This document shows positions 57,215-64,000 of a stretch of DNA of 64,000 nt, piece after piece. Within the stretch, counting starts at the first letter, position 1; each line of letters opens with the position of its first letter. The notes beneath the pieces are model-generated. The model was given only the letters and a program-made list of their open reading frames with translations. It was not told where the DNA came from and ran no database searches. This DNA comes from a virus: IMG/VR virus record IMGVR_UViG_3300014913_000011, positions 8,414-72,413 of that record, one strand, 5' to 3'. A program made the translations under genes and the position numbers.

Positions 57215-58273
57215 ATGAAAGTTCTTTACCTTAGTAGTTTTCATCCAGTTCTGGAGCACAATCATTTAAGCATGTTAGATGCATTAGGAATTGAATGGTT
57301 CTCTACGGGTATTTCTTTAGATACTGATAATTGCATAGGTAGTGGACATTTAAGTATTAGACCCAAGTTAACTTCAGAGTTGACTATGGAATATAAAGAT
57401 GAATTTTTATCTATAAATCCAAATTATTTTAAATTTTTTAGTGGACTAAGTTGCCCAAGTACAAAGCTTTCCAAGGAATTTGTAAACAAGTTTGATATTA
57501 TACTTTCTTGTAACCCAAGGGTGTTATTAGATTCCTGGAGCCTTCTAAGGCATAAGCCAGTAGTTTTAGTAACCTGTGGTAATACACACTCCATGGAATT
57601 AAAATTGACACCTCTGGTAACAGAGGGGTTAAAGATAGTTAGAGGCTCACGGAGTGAGTTCACGATTAACAACTGTAATCAAGGGTTTCTTATACCCTGT
57701 TTTGTGGATGATAGGATCTATAGAAATTGGGAGGGAACTGAAAGTAGTATTTTAAGTTTTCAAAGCCATTTTAAAGAACGAAGGAATACTCTACCAGTAC
57801 AGAGCTACCTAAAGGCAACTAAAGGATTAGATACTAAAGTATTTGGAGCATACGCTAAAGGAAACAAGGATCCTTTAGTAATTGGAACACTAACGTATGA
57901 GGAACAAGTAAAGGCGTACAGGAAGTGTGGCCTATATTTCTGTATAAGTAATGGAGTAGCTCCAGTAACCTTTAACTTTCTAGAAGCCTTAGTTATGGGT
58001 GTTCCAGTAGTTTGTTTTGGTCCAAAAATAGGTGGATCAACGATGGTAGATATAAGTTTAAAATCTATCTACAATCAGCACAATTTAATTGAAAACGGTG
58101 TAGACGGTTTCTACTCAGACAATGTAGAAGAATTAAAAGACTATTCTAAACTACTATTATCTGACAAGAAATTAGCAAGAGAGATAGGGAAATCTGGTAG
58201 AGATAGAGGAATAGGTACCTTTGGAAAGAATACAGTAGTCAATCAATGGAGGGACTTTATTAATGGACTGTAA
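57215..58273 (+). CDS. GT4-like glycosyltransferase (paralog 3)
   Basis: FLEALVMGVPVV...IENGVDGFYSD. Confidence 0.8.
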   Translation: MKVLYLSSFHPVLEHNHLSMLDALGIEWFSTGISLDTDNCIGSGHLSIRPKLTSELTMEYKDEFLSINPNYFKFFSGLSCPSTKLSKEFVNKFDIILSCNPRVLLDSWSLLRHKPVVLVTCGNTHSMELKLTPLVTEGLKIVRGSRSEFTINNCNQGFLIPCFVDDRIYRNWEGTESSILSFQSHFKERRNTLPVQSYLKATKGLDTKVFGAYAKGNKDPLVIGTLTYEEQVKAYRKCGLYFCISNGVAPVTFNFLEALVMGVPVVCFGPKIGGSTMVDISLKSIYNQHNLIENGVDGFYSDNVEELKDYSKLLLSDKKLAREIGKSGRDRGIGTFGKNTVVNQWRDFINGL

Positions 58274-59078
58274 AACTAGAATACCATGTATACTCTGTGG
58301 AAAGGACGAAACAACAGACTTCCATGTAATGGAAGATATCTTCGGGATGAGTTTAGATATAAGCTTATGTAAAAATGATGGCTTATTATATATTAATCCT
58401 AGATGGAGTCAGAGTAGGTATGATTATTTTTATGAAAAAGAGTATATCAATGCAACAAATGAACTAACACCAGACTCTTCTAGAGATAGAGGTGTCTGGG
58501 ACTTACTAAAATTCCTAGGATTAGACCATGAACCTGCATTCTCAGCAGCTTTAGATATTGGAGCTGGCTGTGGACACATGTTAAAAAGACTGAAAGAAGA
58601 AGTACCAAATTGTAGCTCATATGCAATAGAGCCTGATAAGAACAATATAAAATCCTTGGAAACTTTAGGAGTTAAGGTATTAGATAGAAAAATAGAGGAC
58701 TTAAAGTCTAGTGTATTGTTTAGTCATGTTTTTATGTTGCACTCTTTAGAACATTTTTTAGATCCACTCGCAGTATTAACAAAAGTTCACAATCTAATGG
58801 ATAGTGGTGGAACTCTAGCTGTTCAAGTACCTAATGCTTTAAACCCTTTAGGCAGGGCTAGGGATTATATAATAACACCACATACTTACTACTTCAACAT
58901 AAGTACACTTGACTTTTTACTGAAAAAAGCAGGATTCTTTGTTTTCATGATAGAGGAGCAGGGTTACTTTGTAAACGCAGTATGCTTTAAATCCTCGTGT
59001 GAAAAGCCAGAACCAAAGCTAGTGGAAAACTTGTATAAAGAGCAACTTAAGGTAATAACTAAACCAGGGTTTCTATAG
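58263..59078 (+). CDS. Class I SAM-dependent methyltransferase with N-terminal Zn site
   Basis: CILC...C; ALDIGAGCG; HSLEH..DP; VQVPN; HTYYF. Confidence 0.88.
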   Translation: MDCKTRIPCILCGKDETTDFHVMEDIFGMSLDISLCKNDGLLYINPRWSQSRYDYFYEKEYINATNELTPDSSRDRGVWDLLKFLGLDHEPAFSAALDIGAGCGHMLKRLKEEVPNCSSYAIEPDKNNIKSLETLGVKVLDRKIEDLKSSVLFSHVFMLHSLEHFLDPLAVLTKVHNLMDSGGTLAVQVPNALNPLGRARDYIITPHTYYFNISTLDFLLKKAGFFVFMIEEQGYFVNAVCFKSSCEKPEPKLVENLYKEQLKVITKPGFL

Positions 59079-59105
59079 TAACTAATTTATGGTAAAATAT
59101 TAATT

Positions 59106-59165
59106 ATGCGTATATTATATTTAAGTAACTCAAAGAAGATAAATTTTAATATTCTAAAGGTCTAA
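59106..59165 (+). pseudogene. Relic GT4-paralog N-terminus (MRILYLS...) followed by an early stop
   Basis: MRILYLS matches MKLLYIS/MKVLYLS/MKILYMS of the GT paralogs; stops after 19 codons. Confidence 0.4.
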
Positions 59166-59170
59166 ACTGG

Positions 59171-59620
59171 ATGACATTACATACAGTAAAAGATGTGCTT
59201 ACTAAAAAGTATTTACAATTAGAATATGTGGAGAAGAAGCAATCCACAACTTATATAGCAGATAAGTTAGGCTGCAGCAATAGAACTGTATCGGAATATT
59301 TAAAAAAGCATAATATAAAAGCTCGTCCGTTTGGGGATGGTTTTAGAAAACATAAAAAACCAGACCTGAAGAACCTACTAAACGTAATCGATGCAGATCA
59401 TGCTTATTTATTGGGATTTATTACTACAGATGGGAATATTATTAAAGCATGTGGAACTGAAAGTTTAACTATAGAGATTAACGAGAAAGATGGATATCTG
59501 TTGGAGTACTTTAAAATTATTCTAAAAGTAGACCATCCAATTATTAAGAAGAAAGGAAGGAATAGCAGCACTTTATTGATAAGACAAAAGGGACTTCAAC
59601 TTAAAGGCAACATTATATGA
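59171..59620 (+). mobile_element. HTH + truncated LAGLIDADG homing endonuclease
   Basis: IADKLGCSNRTVSEYLKK HTH; AYLLGFITTDG; second motif absent; ORF ends overlapping the next ATG. Confidence 0.75.
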
Positions 59621-60678
59621 AAATACTGTATATGTCATCTTGCCACTCAGTATTGGAGTATAATGACTTAACTATGTTCTCTGAACTTGGTTGGGATTGG
59701 TTCTCTACTGGGTTCTACATGAGACCTACTCAAATAGATCCATTCTTCAGTAGAAGACCCGCAATAAATAAGCATATAGATGAAAATTTAATAGTAGAAT
59801 TTAGAAAGGCAAATCCAACTTATACTCCACATGACCTTACCAGAAGAAATATAAAACTAACAAAAAGTTTGGTAGATAAATTCGATGTAATATTCTGTAA
59901 TGCATTCGATCATTATGTTATAGATAATTGGGATTTAATAAAGAACAAATTAGTTATTTGGAGAACTTATAGTGATCAAACTCCTAGAATAGAACGTGGT
60001 ATGAAGTTTTATGTTGATAACGGGGCGATTCCAGTTAGAGGGTCCCAGAATGAGCACACGGGTGTAGAGGATTCCAATGCTGGAGTAGTTATCAGGTGTT
60101 ACGTGGACGAAAGTATTTTCAAAGGGTGGAAAGGAGGGAACTACTCAGTGTTGTCTTTTCAAAACTATTTCAAATCTAGAAGGAAGTATGAAACAACTAA
60201 GAACTTTTTAGAGCTTAGAAATAGGATGTCCACATATACTTTTGATGTGTATGGTGCCCATTCATCTGAAGAGAAGGACCCCGTAGTAATAAGTGAGGTA
60301 TCTTTTGAACAACAAGTCAAGCATTTACAGGATTATAGAGTGTATTTCTCTATAGGCAGTTTTCCAGCTTCAGTAACTTATAACTTTATAGAAGCTTGGA
60401 TGACTGGAATACCTGTAGTAACTTTTGGAGATAAGCTTGGTGGATCGGATTTTGAGGGACAAAAAAGCTTGTATGAAGTTCCAGGTCTAATAGATTTCGG
60501 TAAGAATGGCATTTATTCAGATGATTTAAATAGTTTACAGTATTACATAAAAGAAATAATGAATAATGATGCTTTGGTTGCAGGTTTATCTAAAGAAGGT
60601 AGGGATAGAGCAATAGAATTGTTTGGTAAGGAAACAATTAAAAAGCAATGGAAGGATTTAATAGAGGAGTTAATATGA
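59617..60678 (+). CDS. GT4-like glycosyltransferase (paralog 4)
   Basis: FIEAWMTGIPVVTFG...GKNGIYSD. Confidence 0.82.
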   Translation: MKILYMSSCHSVLEYNDLTMFSELGWDWFSTGFYMRPTQIDPFFSRRPAINKHIDENLIVEFRKANPTYTPHDLTRRNIKLTKSLVDKFDVIFCNAFDHYVIDNWDLIKNKLVIWRTYSDQTPRIERGMKFYVDNGAIPVRGSQNEHTGVEDSNAGVVIRCYVDESIFKGWKGGNYSVLSFQNYFKSRRKYETTKNFLELRNRMSTYTFDVYGAHSSEEKDPVVISEVSFEQQVKHLQDYRVYFSIGSFPASVTYNFIEAWMTGIPVVTFGDKLGGSDFEGQKSLYEVPGLIDFGKNGIYSDDLNSLQYYIKEIMNNDALVAGLSKEGRDRAIELFGKETIKKQWKDLIEELI

Positions 60679-61403
60679 TATTAAAAGATTCTTATAAAGT
60701 AACTACACTTATTTTAGCTAGAGGTGGTTCTAAAGGAGTACCTAGAAAGAATTTAAAGAAGGTAGGCAAGCACTCATTAGTTGAAAGGGCAGTTAAGAGT
60801 GCTTTTAGTAGTACTATAGTAGATAGAGTTGTAGTATCAACAGACGACAAAGAAATAGCAGAAGAGGCAAAACGCTGCGGGGCTGAGGTACCTTTTTTAA
60901 GACCCGAATACTTAGCTCAAGATGATACTGATCAAATGGAAGTAATAGATTATACAATTAAAAGATTGGGATACGAAGGTTATCAAGATAAAGACAAGAG
61001 AATTATAGTGTCATTAAATCCTACAGTGCCCTTTAGAACTGGTTATGATGTCTTTACGGCTTTAGATCTTTTGAACTTAGATAAAGAAGCATCTGGGGTT
61101 GTTAGTGTATGTGAAACTTCACAACACCCTAATTGGACAAAGAAACTTTACGGGAATAACTATATAAAAAGTTTCATTGATAATAATCTTTGTTACAGAC
61201 GGCAGGATCTTCCAGAGTGCTACTCTCTAAACGGAGCAATCTTTGCTACCACTTTAGATTTATTGTTAAAATACAAAACTTTCTATTCAGGTAATACTAT
61301 TGGATACGTAATGCCTAGTGAGAGAGGAGCAATAGATATAGACACTGAGTGGGATATATATTTAGCTAATTTGGTAGCAAAGGATAAGGATGCAAGAGCT
61401 TAG
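60675..61403 (+). CDS. neuA: Acylneuraminate (nonulosonate) cytidylyltransferase
   Basis: ILARGGSKGVPRKN, VVSTDD, EVPFLRP, PTVPFR, RRQDLP, NGAI, IDIDTEWD. Confidence 0.95.
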   Translation: MILKDSYKVTTLILARGGSKGVPRKNLKKVGKHSLVERAVKSAFSSTIVDRVVVSTDDKEIAEEAKRCGAEVPFLRPEYLAQDDTDQMEVIDYTIKRLGYEGYQDKDKRIIVSLNPTVPFRTGYDVFTALDLLNLDKEASGVVSVCETSQHPNWTKKLYGNNYIKSFIDNNLCYRRQDLPECYSLNGAIFATTLDLLLKYKTFYSGNTIGYVMPSERGAIDIDTEWDIYLANLVAKDKDARA

Positions 61404-62412
61404 GGATAAACCTTGTTATATCATAGCCGAGGCGGGAGTAAATCACAACGGAAAAGTAGATTTAGCACGAGAATTGGTATATAAGGCTAAAGAATCTGGG
61501 GCAGATGCAGTAAAATTTCAAACCTTTAACACTAATAAGTTACTATCTAAGAATGCACCTAAGGCTGGATATCAACTTAAAAATACCAACCCTGTAGAGT
61601 CCCAAGAAAGGATGTTAAAAAAGCTGGAATTAGATTTTGGAGATTTCATACAATTAAAAGAGTTGTGTGATAAGATTAAAATAGATTTTATCTCTACACC
61701 TTTTGATCAGTTAAGCGCAAAATTATTAGTAAACACTCAATTAGTAGACGTATTTAAGATAGCTTCTAGTGAGATAATAAATCTAGAATTACTAGATTAC
61801 ATCGCTTCATATAACTATCCAATGATACTATCGACTGGCATGTGCAATCTTCAAGACATAGAGCAAGCTATTACAATCATTTCATCTAGAAGTAAGGTAA
61901 CATTACTCCAGTGTGTTAGCAACTACCCAGCAGATCCGTCCAACACTAACTTAAAGGCAATGCTAACAATGCGAGAGGCGTTTAAAACTGCTGTAGGATA
62001 CTCAGATCATACTGAAGGTATTATAGTTCCAATAGCAGCTGTAGCATTAGGAGCTGAAGTAATAGAAAAACACTTCACACTAGATAAAGGTTTTGTAGGT
62101 CCAGATCATCTGGCATCATTAAACCCTAAAGAGTTAAAGGAAATGGTAAGCTCTATTAGGATAGTGGAATCTTGTTTAGGTGATGGTATAAAAAGACCAA
62201 CCCCAGAAGAAGAGGTTACAAAATTAGCACTCAGAAAGAGTATAGTATCTTCTAGAAAGATTAGAAAAGGGGAGAAATTAATTAGAGAAATGATAGAATT
62301 TAAAAGACCTGGAACTGGGATAGAGCCTTCAATGTTCACCTTCTTAGAAGGACATACCCTTAAAGTAACTATTGAAGAGGATACTATCCTAACACACGAC
62401 ATGTTTAAATAA
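61390..62412 (+). CDS. neuB: N-acetylneuraminate/legionaminate-type synthase with C-terminal SAF domain
   Basis: IIAEAGVNHNG, ADAVKFQ, STPFD, KIAS, LSTGM, QCVSNYP, GYSDHT, IEKHFTLD, GPDH, KRPGTG. Confidence 0.95.
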   Translation: MQELRDKPCYIIAEAGVNHNGKVDLARELVYKAKESGADAVKFQTFNTNKLLSKNAPKAGYQLKNTNPVESQERMLKKLELDFGDFIQLKELCDKIKIDFISTPFDQLSAKLLVNTQLVDVFKIASSEIINLELLDYIASYNYPMILSTGMCNLQDIEQAITIISSRSKVTLLQCVSNYPADPSNTNLKAMLTMREAFKTAVGYSDHTEGIIVPIAAVALGAEVIEKHFTLDKGFVGPDHLASLNPKELKEMVSSIRIVESCLGDGIKRPTPEEEVTKLALRKSIVSSRKIRKGEKLIREMIEFKRPGTGIEPSMFTFLEGHTLKVTIEEDTILTHDMFK

Positions 62413-62414
62413 GA

Positions 62415-62440
62415 CTGGCAGGATAGATTTACCCACCAGT
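62415..62440 (+). terminator. Hairpin after neuB, followed by an (ATATT)n microrepeat
   Basis: ACTGG...CCAGT stem; (TTATA)x4-5 at about 62449-62472. Confidence 0.35.
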
Positions 62441-62739
62441 AAATATTTATTATATTATATTATATTATATTACTTTAGCTACAACATTGAGCTAACTTGC
62501 CAAATTTTTCTGTGGGTTTAAGTTTTATTCAATCCCAGAAGTATTAAGAAATTTACATAGTCAGTGTAGTCAATCTTCCCAGCTTTTATAGTACTATCAC
62601 CTAGTTTCTCACATAACTTTAGTAACTTTTGCACATCTTGATGAATTTATAACTTTTTGAATACGTCACAGTTATTCTTTTTTAAAGTCAGTATTGAGTT
62701 AGTTTGTATTGTATGTTAAACTGGTACTTAGGAGTACGA

Positions 62740-63837
62740 ATGGATTTTATACCAGTATACAAACCAAGAATAGCCAAAAATCAAAGAAGTTATGTTCTAG
62801 ACTGCGTAGATTCTAATATGTTAAGTTTTAGAGGTAAATACCTTGAAAAAGTAGAAAAAGAGTTGGCAAACTTTTTAACTACTGATTACTTTTCTACTAC
62901 CTTTAATGGTTCAGTTTCTTTAATGACGATTTTATCTGCATTAAATATAAAATCGGGTGATGAAGTTATTACACAAAGCCTTACCTATGCTGCTACTGTT
63001 TTCTCAATACTAAATGTAGGGGCAACTCCTGTACTTATAGATTGTGACGAAAGTTTTCAGATGGATTTAAATTTAATAGAAAAAGCAATTACTAAGCGAA
63101 CAAAGGCAGTAATGGTAGCACAATTATATGGTAATTGTCCTAAAATGGATAAATTAAAGGAAATCTGTGACAGTGCAGGAATACATTTAATAGAGGATAG
63201 TGCAGAATGTTTTGGATGTAGCTACTTAGGAAAACCTATTGGTAGCTTTGGTATAGCTTCATCTTTTAGTTTCTTCTGTAATAAAGTAATATGTTCCGCT
63301 GGAGAAGGTGGTGGTATAGCTACTTCAGACTCAAGTTTAATAGATAAGATTAACTTTATTAAATCTCAGTCACATAGTGGAGGCTTTATTCACAAAGGAC
63401 CTATAGGATATAATCACAGGGCAACTAACTTACAAGGTGCAGTACTATTAGCACAGTTTGAGGAAATTAATAATATAATTAAAAGGAAGAAAGAAATAGC
63501 AGATTATTACAGAAAACATTTGCATCAAAAAATTATAAGAGTAAAAAATCAGGATCATTTAGATTCTTCAGAATGGATGTTAATTTTTAAACTACCTGAC
63601 AACATAACTTACTATAAATTTCAGGATGAGTTGAAAAAATTTAACATAGATTCTAGACCCTGTTTCACACCAATACATCTAATGGAGGGATTTAATAAGT
63701 GTAGAAATTCTGGAAAATTGGAAGTAAGTTCATCTATACATAGAAGTGGGTTTAATTTACCTAGTTATCCTGATTTAACAACTAAGGAATTAATGTACAT
63801 AGTTAAATCAGTAAATAAGGTTATAAATAATATATGA
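62740..63837 (+). CDS. DegT/DnrJ/EryC1/StrS sugar aminotransferase (perosamine synthetase/LegC-like)
   Basis: NGSVSL, GDEVI, IEDSAECFG, SFFCNK...GEGG, GYNHR, LPSYPDL; start at MDFIPVY (AGGAG SD). Confidence 0.93.
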   Translation: MDFIPVYKPRIAKNQRSYVLDCVDSNMLSFRGKYLEKVEKELANFLTTDYFSTTFNGSVSLMTILSALNIKSGDEVITQSLTYAATVFSILNVGATPVLIDCDESFQMDLNLIEKAITKRTKAVMVAQLYGNCPKMDKLKEICDSAGIHLIEDSAECFGCSYLGKPIGSFGIASSFSFFCNKVICSAGEGGGIATSDSSLIDKINFIKSQSHSGGFIHKGPIGYNHRATNLQGAVLLAQFEEINNIIKRKKEIADYYRKHLHQKIIRVKNQDHLDSSEWMLIFKLPDNITYYKFQDELKKFNIDSRPCFTPIHLMEGFNKCRNSGKLEVSSSIHRSGFNLPSYPDLTTKELMYIVKSVNKVINNI

Positions 63838-64000
63838 AAACTAATAAGTTATTACCACAACAGACAGCTAAGTTTCTAAATATTCTTACAAGAGAGGTTC
63901 TAATAGATTTATATATAAATAAAGAATTTAGTTTAGCAGAAATAGCTAAAAAATATAACGTATGTGCTTCAACTGTACATAATTATATAAAAAAATATAA
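63834..64000 (+). CDS. HTH protein, probable homing endonuclease N-terminus (truncated by the right edge)
   Basis: LTREVLIDLYINKEFSLAEIAKKYNVCASTVHNYIKK resembles the N-terminus of 59171..59620. Confidence 0.6.
   Translation, partial: MKTNKLLPQQTAKFLNILTREVLIDLYINKEFSLAEIAKKYNVCASTVHNYIKKY

Noticed and set aside
46631-62402. Short minus-strand or alternate-frame ORFs in the right arm (for example 46631, 49935, 54110, 55263, 57424, 62106)
   Set aside because: Shadows of confident plus-strand genes; only 52508..52738 has its own SD, upstream motif and terminator.
62480-62690. Possible degraded minus-strand ORF between neuB and the aminotransferase
   Set aside because: Interrupted by stops, with no convincing SD and no recognisable motif.
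1-64000. Stop-codon reassignment, tRNA genes, CRISPR arrays, tail sheath, integrase
   Set aside because: Genes are intact in code 11 and end in TAA, TAG and TGA. No cloverleaf, repeat-spacer array, sheath or recombinase motif was recognised by eye; tRNAscan was not run.

Overview
A 64-kb segment of a large, AT-rich tailed dsDNA phage genome, standard genetic code, probably with a long non-contractile tail since no sheath gene is seen. From 1 to about 45.2 kb nearly all genes are on the minus strand. They include a morphogenesis module: terminase, portal, prohead protease, scaffold, decoration protein, HK97-type major capsid protein, neck proteins, membrane/lysis-like genes, a duplicated tail-tube protein, two paralogous tail chaperones and a tape measure protein running off the left edge. 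Upstream are accessory genes: dNMP kinase, methionine aminopeptidase, amidase, a volactin-like actin, a DnaX/HolA-type clamp loader and a Ser/Thr phosphatase. After an AT-rich strand switch at about 45.2-45.5 kb the plus strand carries a DEDDh exonuclease, a MoxR-type AAA+/VWA pair and an 11-kb glycan locus: NeuD, four paralogous GT4s, a GT29 sialyltransferase-like protein, GT17, a methyltransferase, NeuA, NeuB and a DegT aminotransferase. Two inteins are present: a class 3 (Ala1) intein in TerL and one splitting a CxxC motif in a neck protein. Best candidates for new biology: (1) the phage-encoded nonulosonic acid synthesis and transfer system; (2) the volactin-like actin with a putative adaptor; (3) a promoter-defined ~90-nt hairpin RNA whose loop is antisense to the ribosome-binding sites of two phage operon leaders; (4) a -10-only late promoter motif, TGTACTAT; (5) a stand-alone dsRBD-like protein. 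All family calls come from motif recognition by eye; no database searches were run.
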